64,000 nucleotides of DNA, taken from the NCBI GenBank assembly GCA_963808765.1, contig CAWEHH010000030.1, positions 302,896-366,895 of the forward strand, in the 5' to 3' direction. Below, piece by piece: positions 42,982 to 52,615 of this stretch. The notes under the pieces are model-generated. The model had not been told where the DNA came from and did no database searches. It saw only the letters and a list, made by a program, of their open reading frames with translations. This DNA comes from an uncultured beta proteobacterium (GTDB taxonomy: Bacteria > Pseudomonadota > Gammaproteobacteria > Burkholderiales > SG8-41). A program made the position numbers and the translations under genes. Within the stretch, counting starts at the first letter, position 1. Each line of letters opens with the position of its first letter.

Positions 42982-43596
42982 ATGCCGCCGGCAAGCCTCG
43001 AGCGCGTGATGATCGACGGCCCCGCCGGCACGATCGAGACCGATCTGAACGACCCGGGCCATGATCGTCGCGGCATCGCTCTGATCGCGCACCCGAATCC
43101 ACTTCAGGGCGGAACGAAGGACAACAAGGTCGTCACCACGCTCGCGAAGACGTTCTACAACCTTCGTTACGTCGCCGCGCGTCCGAATTTCCGCGGCGTC
43201 GGCGCGAGCGCCGGCGTGCATGATGAAGGCCGGGGCGAGAGTGACGATCTCGTGGCGGTAGCCGACTATCTGCGCAAACGCTATGGACAAGGCGAGCTCG
43301 TCCTGGCCGGCTTCTCGTTCGGCAGCTTCGTGCAGACACGCGTTGCGAAGCGCGTGGATGCGAAAAGCATGGTGCTGGTGGGTACTGCCGTCAATCGCTT
43401 CGACACGGAAGCCGTGCCCGACGACACGCTCGTCGTTCATGGCGAGCACGACGACGTCGTGCCGCTCCAGGCGGTGCTCGACTGGGCACGGCCGCAGCAC
43501 CTGCCGATCGTCGTCGTTCCCGGCGGCGAGCATTTCTTCCATGGGCGGCTCAACCTGCTCGCGCAGATCGTCATGCGCCACTTCCGGGTGTCCTGA
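42982..43596 (+). CDS. Alpha/beta hydrolase
   Basis: HPNP..GGT.DNKVV, NFRGVG.S.G, GFSFG, HFFHG. Confidence 0.9.
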   Translation: MPPASLERVMIDGPAGTIETDLNDPGHDRRGIALIAHPNPLQGGTKDNKVVTTLAKTFYNLRYVAARPNFRGVGASAGVHDEGRGESDDLVAVADYLRKRYGQGELVLAGFSFGSFVQTRVAKRVDAKSMVLVGTAVNRFDTEAVPDDTLVVHGEHDDVVPLQAVLDWARPQHLPIVVVPGGEHFFHGRLNLLAQIVMRHFRVS

Positions 43597-44508
43597 ATGC
43601 CGCATCTGAAGGTCGTCGGCTTGCGCAAGGCCTACGACGGGACGGAAGTGGTTGCAGGTCTGGATCTCGAGCTCGAAGAAGGCACATGCTTCGGATTGCT
43701 CGGGCCGAACGGCGCAGGAAAGACCACGACGCTGCGGCTGTGCCTGGGACTCATCGAGCCCGATTCGGGTGAGATCAACGTTCTCGGGCTTCCGATTCCG
43801 CAGCGTGCACGCGAAGCCCGCGCGCGCATCGGCGTGGTGCCGCAGGTGGACAATCTCGATCCGGATTTCACGGTGCGCGAGAACCTGCTCGTCTACGGCC
43901 GCTACTTCGGGATCCCTCGCGCAGAGGTCGAACGGCGCATACCCGCGCTGCTGGAATTTGCAGAGCTCACCGCGCGCGAGCACGCCCGCATCCAGACGCT
44001 CTCCGGCGGCATGAAGCGCCGGCTCACACTCGCGCGCGCGCTCGTGAACGATCCCGACCTCGTCTTCCTGGATGAGCCGACCACCGGCCTGGATCCGCAG
44101 GCGCGCCATCTCATCTGGCAGCGGCTGAGGCGGCTCACGAACGAGGGCAAGACGATCATCCTGACGACGCATTTCATGGACGAAGCCGAGCGCCTGTGCC
44201 ACCGCGTTGCGATCCTCGACCACGGCCGCAAGATCGCCGAAGGCGCGCCGCGGGAGCTGATCGCGCAGTACATCGAGCCGCAGGTCGTCGAAGTGTACGG
44301 CGACGGCGCCGCAAGCTGGGCCGACCGCGTCGGACGCGACCGGTGCGATCGCTGCGAGCGGACGGGTGAGACGGTCTTCTGCTATGCGCGAGACGCGGAC
44401 GCGCTCGTGCATGCGCTCGATCGCGAGCCGGGGCTGCGTTACCTCCATCGGCCGGCGAATCTGGAAGATCTCTTTCTCAAGCTTACGGGTAGGGAGTTGA
44501 GAGATTAG
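43597..44508 (+). CDS. nodI: NodI-like ABC exporter ATPase
   Basis: [45 protein letters not shown]. Confidence 0.88.
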   Translation: MPHLKVVGLRKAYDGTEVVAGLDLELEEGTCFGLLGPNGAGKTTTLRLCLGLIEPDSGEINVLGLPIPQRAREARARIGVVPQVDNLDPDFTVRENLLVYGRYFGIPRAEVERRIPALLEFAELTAREHARIQTLSGGMKRRLTLARALVNDPDLVFLDEPTTGLDPQARHLIWQRLRRLTNEGKTIILTTHFMDEAERLCHRVAILDHGRKIAEGAPRELIAQYIEPQVVEVYGDGAASWADRVGRDRCDRCERTGETVFCYARDADALVHALDREPGLRYLHRPANLEDLFLKLTGRELRD

Positions 44509-45331
44509 GGCCTGTACACAATTGATTGCTCTCGGTACATTCTGGTCTTTCCGCGAGGACCAGAGGCGATGCGCAAGATGCTGCGGAATGACCAATGGGA
44601 ACGTATCGAGCACTTACTGCCAGGTAAAGCGACAGATCGGGGTGTCACAGCGAAGGACAACAGGTTGTTCGTCGAAGCGGTTTTATGGATCGCCCGCACC
44701 GGCAGTCCCTGGCGAGATCTTCCGCCGCAGTTCGGCAACTGGCATAACGTGTATACGCGCTTCTCGCGCTGGGGCAAGAGCGGCGTGTGGCAACGCGTGG
44801 TCGAAGCGGTGGGTATGGATGTCGACTTGGAGGCGCTGTTGTTGGATAGCACCATTGTTCGTGCCCACCAGCATGCTGCTGGCGCCCAAAAAAAGAAGGC
44901 ACGCAAGCAATCGGGCGCTCGCGCGGAGGACTGAGTACCAAGATCCACATGGCTGTGGACGCGTTGGGCAATCCCGTGCGATGGCTGCTTACGGGCGGTG
45001 AGGTGCATGACATCACCCAAGCGCCGGCGCTTATCGCCGGCATTCACCCTAAACAAGTGATCGCGGACAAAGGCTATGACTCGGATGCATTTGTCGTTCA
45101 CATCGCAGCCAGCGGCGCACAAGCCGTTATCCCGCCACGCAAAGCCCGTCGCCAAGCGCGGCCTTATGATCGCGTTGCCTACCGTGAACGCCATCTCATC
45201 GAGTGCTTCTTCAGTCGTCTCAAGCAGTTTCGCCGGATCGCCACACGTTATGAAAAGCTCGCACGCAATTTCCTATCGATGCTTAACCTTGCCGCCGCCT
45301 ACATCTGGCTGGCGTAATTGTTAACAGCCCC
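44508..45331 (+). mobile_element. IS5-family (IS427 group) insertion sequence, 824 bp, TA target duplication
   Basis: TIRs GGGCCTGTACACAATT / GGGGCTGTTAACAATT (13/16); TA at 44506-44507 and 45332-45333. Confidence 0.9.
44569..45317 (+). CDS. IS5/IS427-group transposase in two ORFs joined at an A7G slippery site (about 44887)
   Basis: TGSPWRDLP, LDSTIVRAHQHAAG; then TKIH, ADKGYD, Y..R..IE.FF..LKQFRRIATRY. Confidence 0.9.
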
Positions 45332-45362
45332 TAGTATGCTGACGCACTGATTCGCCCGATTC

Positions 45363-45475
45363 GTCATCCCGGCGCGAGGCCGGGAGCCAGGCAGATTCGC
45401 CCTGGATTCCGGATCCTTCGCCCCCGGATCGCGCTCCGCTGGTCCGGGGGTGACGAGCGTACGGTCCGGAATGAC
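45363..45475. repeat. Family C REP-like inverted pair with nested CCCCGGATC..GTCCGGGG
   Basis: GTCATCCCGGCGCGAGGCCGGGAGCCAG ... CTGGATTCCGG ... CCGGAATGAC. Confidence 0.75.
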
Positions 45476-45552
45476 GACTCGAATCCGTCGAACTTGCGGG
45501 GCGGCACACTAGCCTGGTTCAGTATCACCCCATCATTTACAAGGCCCGGACT

Positions 45553-46341
45553 GTGTCCCTCCAAAGCACCCTTCATTTCCCACAGCTCAGCTTCCGTTTC
45601 ATCCACGTCTGGCGCCGCAACCGTCTCGTGTGGCGCAAGCTCGCGATCCCCTCCATGCTCGGCAATCTCGCCGATCCGATGCTCTACATGCTCGGCCTGG
45701 GCTACGGGCTGGGCGCGATGCTGCCGGAAGTCGGAGGCATGTCCTACATCGCCTTCCTCGCGGCGGGCACGGTGTGCTCGAGCACGATGATGAGCGCGAC
45801 GTTCGAATCGATGTATTCGAGCTTCTCGCGCATGCACGTTCAGCGCACCTGGGATGCGATCATGAACGCGCCGGTCGTGCTCGACGACGTCGTCTTCGGC
45901 GAAGCTGTCTGGGCAGCCAGCAAGGCATTCCTGTCCGGCAGCGCGGTGCTCGCGGTCGCAGCGGTTCTCGGGCTCGTAAGCTCCGCTCTGGCTCTGTGGG
46001 TGCTGCCGCTCGTGTTCCTGACCGGACTCACGTTCGCCGGGCTCGGGCTCATCATGACGTCGCTCTCGCCGAGCTACGACTTCTTCATGTACTACTTCAC
46101 GCTCGTCATCACACCGATGATGCTGGCGAGCGGCGTGTTCTTCCCGCTCGAGCAATTGCCCGCGTGGCTCCAGATGGTCGCGCAAGCGCTCCCGCTCACG
46201 CATGCGGTCGCGCTCGCCCGCCCTCTCATGACGGGCGTCGTTCCGGACGCGATCGCGTGGCACGTCGGCGTGCTGGCGATCTACGCCGTGGTGGCGACGT
46301 ACGCCGCCCTCGTCCTTGCACGACGGCGGCTGCTGAAGTAG
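45553..46341 (+). CDS. nodJ: NodJ-like ABC-2 permease
   Basis: VWRRN.LVWRKLA..S.LGNLADP, FLAAG, YDFFMYYFTL.ITPM. Confidence 0.88.
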   Translation: MSLQSTLHFPQLSFRFIHVWRRNRLVWRKLAIPSMLGNLADPMLYMLGLGYGLGAMLPEVGGMSYIAFLAAGTVCSSTMMSATFESMYSSFSRMHVQRTWDAIMNAPVVLDDVVFGEAVWAASKAFLSGSAVLAVAAVLGLVSSALALWVLPLVFLTGLTFAGLGLIMTSLSPSYDFFMYYFTLVITPMMLASGVFFPLEQLPAWLQMVAQALPLTHAVALARPLMTGVVPDAIAWHVGVLAIYAVVATYAALVLARRRLLK

Positions 46342-46363
46342 CGGAGAATCGCAGGCGCTCCGC

Positions 46364-46756
46364 GTGATACACGCTACCATCGCCTTCGTTCTCGCGCTCG
46401 CCGCCGGTCAAAGCGCGGGCGCGGACGCGCCGACCGCGCGCATCGTCGTCCAGGATGCGCCCATTGCCGGTTTCGTGTATTACGACGGGCGAACGTCCTG
46501 GGACGAAATCAGGAAAGGCGATCGCCTGACGCTCGTGCGCGAGCTGGCCAATCCGCACGACGCGAACGCGATCCGCATCGAATGGCAGGGACGGATGCTC
46601 GGATACGTCCCGCGGCGCGACAATGCCGATCTCGCCCGCCAGCTCGATCGCGGAGCGCGGGTGGAGGTGCGCGTGACGGGGCTCACGCGCGCCGCGAACG
46701 GCCGGCACCGGCTGTCCTACGAGATCTATGTTCCACTCACACAGGAGCGACCATGA
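46364..46756 (+). CDS. Stand-alone HIRAN-domain protein with apparent signal peptide
   Basis: IAGFVYY, L.LVRE..NPHDANAI.I, LGYVPR..N..LA. Confidence 0.85.
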   Translation: MIHATIAFVLALAAGQSAGADAPTARIVVQDAPIAGFVYYDGRTSWDEIRKGDRLTLVRELANPHDANAIRIEWQGRMLGYVPRRDNADLARQLDRGARVEVRVTGLTRAANGRHRLSYEIYVPLTQERP

Positions 46757-47541
46757 AACTCGGACATTTCGAACAAGAGGGGCGTGCGTTCTACGGCATC
46801 GTCGAAGGCGATGACGTGCTCGAGCTCGAGGGCTCCCCGTTCGCGGGCGGACGCCGCACCGAGCGCCGGCACGAGCTTGCCGAGCTGAAGCTGCTCGTGC
46901 CGTGCACGCCGCCCAACTTCTATTGCGCGGGACTTAACTACGCCGCGCACGTGGAGTGGGCCAACAAGCGAACCGGCGGCAACATGAAACTCCCGCAGAA
47001 AGCCGACATCGGCTATCGCTCACCGTCCGCGCTCATCGCGAGCGGCGAGACGATCGTGATTCCCGCCGATTCGACCGGCCCGGTGCAGTTCGAAGGCGAG
47101 CTGGTGGCCGTCATCGGTCAGAAGGCGCGCAATCTCTCGGAATCCGAAGCGCTCTCGTGCGTGCTCGGCTACACGCTCGGCAACGATCTCTCCGAGCGTT
47201 CCTGGCAGAAGCAGGACCGCACGCTGTGGCGGGCGAAAAACTGCGACACGTGGAAGCCGATGGGACCGTACATCGTAACGGGGCTCGATCCGCTGAAGCA
47301 GATCGTCTCGGTTCGCGTGAACGGCCAGAAGGCCTCCGAGTACGACACCGGCAAGATGCTTTTCACCGCGCAGCATTTCATCGCGCGCATCACGCAATAC
47401 ACGACGCTTTATCCGGGCGACGTCCTCTGGCTCGGCACGGACGGGGCGACCGAGCCCGATCTGAAGGCCGGGGACGTGGTCGAGATCTGCAACGATGCGA
47501 TCGGCGTTCTGAAAAATCCCGTCGCGCGCGCTTCGATGTGA
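46753..47541 (+). CDS. Fumarylacetoacetate hydrolase family protein
   Basis: GLNYAAH, FEGEL, GYT.GND.S.R, AKN.DT, PGDV..GT. Confidence 0.9.
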   Translation: MKLGHFEQEGRAFYGIVEGDDVLELEGSPFAGGRRTERRHELAELKLLVPCTPPNFYCAGLNYAAHVEWANKRTGGNMKLPQKADIGYRSPSALIASGETIVIPADSTGPVQFEGELVAVIGQKARNLSESEALSCVLGYTLGNDLSERSWQKQDRTLWRAKNCDTWKPMGPYIVTGLDPLKQIVSVRVNGQKASEYDTGKMLFTAQHFIARITQYTTLYPGDVLWLGTDGATEPDLKAGDVVEICNDAIGVLKNPVARASM

Positions 47542-48704
47542 CGGAGCGCTTCTTCGCGCCTTGTCCGCGCGGGCTCGAAGGCGTACTGCAAGACGAGCTC
47601 GCGGCGCTCCACGCGCAGGACTGTCGCTCCGTCGATGGCGGCGTCCAGTTCGCGGCACCCTTCGAGCTCTGCTACAGCGTCAATCTCGAAAGCCGCATCG
47701 CGAGTCGTGTCCTCTGGCAGGTCGCCCACGCGGCTTATAAGAACGAGCGCGACCTGTACGATCTCGCGCGCGGCCTGTCGTGGCAGCGTTGGTTTCCAGT
47801 CGAGAACTCGATACGCGTAGACGTCGCGGGAATCCGCGCGCCGGTCAAGAGTCTCGATTTCGTCACGCTCCGGGTGAAGGACGCGGTGTGCGATGCATTT
47901 CGGGCCGCGTGCGGCCAGCGTCCCGATGTCGATACGCAGGCGCCGGACACCCGCATTCACGTCTTCCTGACGGCATCGCACGCGACGGTTTATCTGGACA
48001 CGACCGGCGAGCCGCTTTTCAAGCGCGGATACCGCAAAGCGACCGGAGAAGCGCCGCTTCGCGAGAATCTCGCGGCAGGGATTCTGCGTCTCACGCGATG
48101 GGACGCGCAGTCGCCCCTGCTCGATCCGATGTGCGGCAGCGGTACGTTTCTATGCGAAGCGGCGATGATGGCGCTCGACAAAGCGCCGGGTCTGGAACGA
48201 ACGTTCGCGTTTCAGAAGTTGCACGTCTACGACGAAGCAGTATGGGTCGGGCTGAAGGGGCGCTCGCGTGAGCGCGTGCGTTCGGTTGCAGCGCTCCCGA
48301 TATTCGGCAGCGACCGCTACGGCGAAGTGCTCGAGCTCGCGCGATCGAACCTGCGAGGCCTCGGCGTCGAGCGCCTCGTGAAGTTGAAGCAGGCGGACAT
48401 CCTGGAGATGCCCGCGCCCGCTCGATCCGGCATCCTCGTCACGAACCCGCCTTATGGCATGCGCCTCGACGATCAGGAAGTCCTCGCAGCGCTGTATCCG
48501 AGGCTCGGCGACGCACTGAAGAAGAAGTATGCCGGCTGGAATGCATACATTTTTACGGCGGATCTGCGGCTGCCGAAGCTCATCGGACTCGCCGCATCGC
48601 GCCGCACGCCGCTCTACAACGGCGCGCTCGAGTGCCGCCTGTTCGAGTTCAAGCTCGTGGCGGGCAGCATGCGGCGGGCTCGTGCGGTGAACGGTGAAGG
48701 GTGA
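47538..48704 (+). CDS. THUMP-domain RNA methyltransferase (RlmL-like)
   Basis: CPRGLE, LFKRGYR, APLRENLAA, DPMCGSGT, NPPYG. Confidence 0.92.
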   Translation: MTERFFAPCPRGLEGVLQDELAALHAQDCRSVDGGVQFAAPFELCYSVNLESRIASRVLWQVAHAAYKNERDLYDLARGLSWQRWFPVENSIRVDVAGIRAPVKSLDFVTLRVKDAVCDAFRAACGQRPDVDTQAPDTRIHVFLTASHATVYLDTTGEPLFKRGYRKATGEAPLRENLAAGILRLTRWDAQSPLLDPMCGSGTFLCEAAMMALDKAPGLERTFAFQKLHVYDEAVWVGLKGRSRERVRSVAALPIFGSDRYGEVLELARSNLRGLGVERLVKLKQADILEMPAPARSGILVTNPPYGMRLDDQEVLAALYPRLGDALKKKYAGWNAYIFTADLRLPKLIGLAASRRTPLYNGALECRLFEFKLVAGSMRRARAVNGEG

Positions 48705-48720
48705 AGGGTGAAGGAGTGAG
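48686..48720 (+). repeat. Heptamer tandem repeat (GGTGAAG)n
   Basis: GGTGAAC GGTGAAG GGTGAAG GGTGAAG GAGTGAG. Confidence 0.75.
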
Positions 48721-48840
48721 TTCTCGCGCGTTGCCGGGCATCATTCCCGTGATCGCGTCAACGCCCGCATCCGAGCCGACGTTGTTCTCCCTGCGCTCAC
48801 GACAACGAGCACCTGCGAACAACATCATAGGGAGGATGAC

Positions 48841-49254
48841 ATGGAACGAGAACAGACGTTGAAGATACTCAATGCGCTCGCGAACGGCGTGCATCCCATG
48901 ACGGGAGAAGTCTTCGCTGCGGACAGCCCCTATCAACAGCCGGACACGGTGCGCGCATTGTTCGAAGCCGTGCGCACGATCGAAGCCTCTCCGATCACAC
49001 GCGACGGTCAGACCCCGGAGCGGCGCACGGGCGAAATGCCGGCCAACACATTCGTGCGCTGGACGGCGGAGGAAGAGGAACGTCTCGCAGCGGGCTTCGA
49101 TGCAGGCAGAACGTCCGCGGAGCTTGCGAAGCTGCACAATCGCTCGCGGGCGGCGATCGAAGCCCGCCTGCTGAAGATGGGGAAGATCGACGTGTCCGCC
49201 CTCACCGTGCAGTTGCGCTACAAGCCGAAGAACAACGACGGCGCGCCGGCCTGA
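48841..49254 (+). CDS. Hypothetical protein with a Myb/HTH-like C-terminal motif
   Basis: GGAGG RBS; LANGVHP.TGE; RWTAEEEERL...LAKLHNRS..AIEARL. Confidence 0.75.
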   Translation: MEREQTLKILNALANGVHPMTGEVFAADSPYQQPDTVRALFEAVRTIEASPITRDGQTPERRTGEMPANTFVRWTAEEEERLAAGFDAGRTSAELAKLHNRSRAAIEARLLKMGKIDVSALTVQLRYKPKNNDGAPA

Positions 49255-49283
49255 ACTTCGGACACGAGGGCTCGTTACGGCGT

Positions 49284-49336
49284 CTGGATTCCAGCCCCGG
49301 ATCAGGGTCCGGGGTGAACCTGCGCGCTGGAATGAC
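49284..49336. repeat. Family C REP-like unit
   Basis: CTGGATTCCAG-CCCCGGATCAGGGTCCGGGG-...GCTGGAATGAC. Confidence 0.7.
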
Positions 49337-49395
49337 GATCAGTTAGCGGTCACGTCAAATCGCGCGAGCTGCCCATTCATGGCGACCGGTAGAGA

Positions 49396-49446
49396 GCCGA
49401 AGGAAGGGAGGTAACGGAGGGAAACCATGGGTTTCTCTCTGTTCGT
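49396..49446 (-). repeat. Family B unit (reverse orientation)
   Basis: Reverse complement: CGAACAGAGAGAAACCCATGGTTTCCCTCCGTTACCTCCCTTCCTTCGGC. Confidence 0.75.
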
Positions 49447-49514
49447 GACTGGCGCCGAAGGCGAAGGAGAAAGACCTTGGCGGCCTGATCGAACATCGCC
49501 TGAGCGCACCGCGC

Positions 49515-50652
49515 TTACACGATGTTCAGATGCGAAATGCCGCCAAGGACGTCTTTCTCCTTCGCTTCCTTGCTGTTCAGCTTGATCATGAGACGCAGCT
49601 CGTTCACCGAGTCCGCGTTGCGCAGCGCATCCTCGTAGGTCACGAACCCGGCGTCGTAGAGATCGAACAGGTGCTGGTCGAAGGTCTGCATGCCGAGCTC
49701 GCGCGACTTCGACATGATGTGCTTGATCTCGTGCACTTCGCCTTTGAAGATGAGATCGGAGATGAGCGGCGTGTTGAGCATGATCTCCATCGCCGCAACG
49801 CGCCCTTTGCCGTCTTTCAGCGGAATCAGCCGCTGAGCGATGAAAGCGCGGATGTTGAGCGACAGATCCATCAGCAGCTGCTGCTTGCGGTCCTCCGGGA
49901 AGAAATTGACGATGCGGTCGAGCGCCTGGTTCGAGTTGTTGGCATGCAGTGTCGCCATGCACAGGTGCCCCGTCTCGGAGAATTCGATTGCATACTCCAT
50001 CGTCTGCCGGTCGCGAATCTCGCCGATGAGAATCACGTCGGGCGCCTGCCGCAGGGCGTTCTTGAGCGCCGCGAACCACGAGTCGGTGTCGACGCCGACG
50101 TCGCGCTGCGTGACGACACAGTTCTTGTGATCGTGCACGTACTCGACCGGGTCCTCGACCGTGATGATGTGGCCGTAGCTGTTCTCGTTGCGATAGCCCA
50201 CCATCGCGGCAAGCGTGGTCGATTTGCCCTGTCCGGTGCCGCCGATCATGATGACCAGACCGCGCTTCATCATGCAGATGTCGCGCAGTTGACCGCGGCA
50301 GATTGAGCTCCTCGAAGCCGGGAATGCTCGTATTGATCGTGCGCATCACGAGCCCGACGCGTCCCTGCTGAATGAACGCGCTCACGCGGAAGCGGCCGAT
50401 GCCGCCCGGGCTCACGGCGAAATTGCACTCCTTCGTGGCCTCGAACTCCGCCGCCTGCTTGTCGTTCATCATCGCCCGGGCGATCTCGGCGGTGTGCTGG
50501 GGCGTGAGCGGCTGGTTCGCCACCGGAGAGATTCTGCCGTCGATCTTGATCGCGGGCGGAAAACCGGCAGTGATGAAGAGATCCGAGGCGCTCTTCGCGA
50601 CCATGGCGCGGAGCAAGTCCTGCATGAACTTCAGTGCCTGGTCTCTTTCCAC
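49515..50652 (-). CDS. pilU: Type IV pilus retraction ATPase (apparent frameshift near 50290)
   Basis: ASDLFITAGFPPAIK, GGTGQGKSTT, LRQAPDVILIGEIRD, GMQTFDQ. Confidence 0.93.
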
Positions 50653-50685
50653 GTCTTGCCCGCGTATTGAAGCGTCGCTGAAAGC

Positions 50686-51726
50686 TTACCTGAAAGCGTC
50701 CTTGTTGACTGCGCGCGCGCGTGCCTCTTCGGACGCGATCTGATTGCGCCGAACGAGATCCATCATGCACTGGTCGAGCGTCTGCATGCCGAACTGCTGT
50801 CCGGTCTGGATCGACGAATACATCTGCGCGACCTTGCTCTCGCGAATCAGGTTACGAATGGCGGGTGTGCCGATCATGATTTCGTGCGCTGCGACGCGCC
50901 CGGTGCCGTCCTTGGTCTTGATGAGCGCCTGAGAGATGACGGCCCTCAGGGATTCGGAGAGCATCGACCGGACCATCTCCTTCTCTTCCCCCGGGAAGAC
51001 GTCGATGATCCGGTCGACCGTCTTGGCTGCGGAGCTCGTGTGCAGTGTTCCGAACACCAAGTGGCCCGTCTCGGCAGCGGTCATCGCGAGTCGGATCGTT
51101 TCCAGGTCGCGCATCTCGCCGACGAGGATGACATCAGGATCTTCGCGCAGCGCCGCTCGCAATGCATTGGCGAACGACAGCGTATGCGATCCGACCTCGC
51201 GCTGATTGATGAGACATTTCTTCGCTTCGTGGACGAATTCGATGGGATCCTCGACGGTGAGGATGTGGCCCTGCTCGCTTTCGTTGACGTAATTCACCAT
51301 CGCTGCGAGCGTCGTCGACTTTCCCGACCCGGTCGGCCCGGTCACGAGCACGAGGCCGCGCGGCTGCTGCGCGATCTCCTGGAAGATCTTCGGCGCCTTC
51401 AACTCTTCGAGCGACAGCACGGTCGACGGTATGATGCGGAACACGGCGCCCGCGCCGCGCTGCTGCACGAACGCGTTCACGCGAAAACGCGCGAGATTCG
51501 GAATGGCAAAGGAGAAATCGCACTCCAGATTCTCCTCGTAGAACTTGCGCTGGCCGTCGCTCATGATGTCGTAGACCATCGCGTGCACTTCGCCATGATC
51601 GAGCGGCGGGAGATTGATGCGGCGCACGTCGCCGTGCACACGAATCATCGGCGGCAGTCCCGCCGAAAGATGCAGGTCCGACGCCTTGTTCTTCACCGTG
51701 AAGGCGAGCAGCTCGGAGATGTCCAT
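50686..51726 (-). CDS. pilT: Type IV pilus retraction ATPase
   Basis: MDISELLAF, GPTGSGKSTT, AIRNLIRE. Confidence 0.97.
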   Translation of the reverse strand: MDISELLAFTVKNKASDLHLSAGLPPMIRVHGDVRRINLPPLDHGEVHAMVYDIMSDGQRKFYEENLECDFSFAIPNLARFRVNAFVQQRGAGAVFRIIPSTVLSLEELKAPKIFQEIAQQPRGLVLVTGPTGSGKSTTLAAMVNYVNESEQGHILTVEDPIEFVHEAKKCLINQREVGSHTLSFANALRAALREDPDVILVGEMRDLETIRLAMTAAETGHLVFGTLHTSSAAKTVDRIIDVFPGEEKEMVRSMLSESLRAVISQALIKTKDGTGRVAAHEIMIGTPAIRNLIRESKVAQMYSSIQTGQQFGMQTLDQCMMDLVRRNQIASEEARARAVNKDAFR

Positions 51727-51830
51727 TATAATTTCTCCACGAGTAGCGCAAGTTCCGGCGCGGCTTGAGGAGTGGTTCGCAAGCGTCTGATTTCAGCGAC
51801 TGAAAGCCGGGTGCCGAAGCGCCGGGAAGT

Positions 51831-52511
51831 ATGGGCACAATTGCCGCCAACTTGCAAGCCGTACACGACCGCATTCAGCGTGCGGCGCGCGCCTGCGAAC
51901 GTGATCCAGTCGACATTTCTCTGCTCGCGGTCAGCAAGAGCTGTTCAGTGCGCCACATCGAAGCGGCACGCGCGGCCGGCCAGGTCGCTTTCGGCGAGAG
52001 CTACGCGCAGGAAGGTGTGAACAAGATCACGCAGCTTGCCGCCCTCGCCTGTGAATGGCATTTCATCGGTCCGATCCAGAGCAACAAGACACGCGTGATC
52101 GCGGAGCACTTCCAGTGGGTGCACAGCATCGACCGGGAAAAAATCGCGGCGCGGTTGAACGAGGCGCGTCCGCCGCATCTCGCTCCGCTCGAAGTGTGCA
52201 TACAGGTTAACGTGAGCGGTGAAGCCACCAAGCGCGGCGTCGCGACCGGCGATGCATACGCGCTCGCGCGCGTGATCGCGGCGATGCCTCGGTTGCGTTT
52301 GCGCGGATTGATGGCGATACCCGAACCGACCCCTGACGTGGCGCTCCAGCGCGAACGGTTCGAATCGGTCCGCAGACTGAAGGATGACTTGAACGCGGAG
52401 GGCTGCGGGCTCGACACGTTGTCCATGGGCATGTCGGACGATCTCGAGGCGGCGATCGCGGAAGGCGCGACGATGGTGAGAGTCGGTACGGCGATCTTCG
52501 GACCCCGATGA
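51831..52511 (+). CDS. yggS: PLP homeostasis protein
   Basis: LLAVSK, WHFIGPIQSNK, LRGLMAIP, SMGMSDD, RVGTAIFG. Confidence 0.96.
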   Translation: MGTIAANLQAVHDRIQRAARACERDPVDISLLAVSKSCSVRHIEAARAAGQVAFGESYAQEGVNKITQLAALACEWHFIGPIQSNKTRVIAEHFQWVHSIDREKIAARLNEARPPHLAPLEVCIQVNVSGEATKRGVATGDAYALARVIAAMPRLRLRGLMAIPEPTPDVALQRERFESVRRLKDDLNAEGCGLDTLSMGMSDDLEAAIAEGATMVRVGTAIFGPR

Positions 52512-52583
52512 AACGTGAGGCCGCGCGGCTGATACCATGCGTCCTCGCGGCATCCATGCTCTCGGGCAACCATCGCGCACATT

Positions 52584-52615
52584 CCCTTCACTACTTCACT
52601 CCTCACTCCTTCACT
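52584..52615 (-). repeat. Heptamer repeat (CTTCACT/CCTCACT) abutting the proC start
   Basis: CCCTTCACTACTTCACTCCTCACTCCTTCACT-ATG. Confidence 0.7.

Noticed and set aside
44880..44900. Transposase frameshift as an error or a novelty
   Set aside because: A two-ORF arrangement with an A-rich slippery site is the established organisation of IS427-group elements.
43597..46341. Nodulation (symbiosis) locus
   Set aside because: No nodABC or nodD here. nodIJ-like ABC genes are common in non-nodulating Betaproteobacteria.
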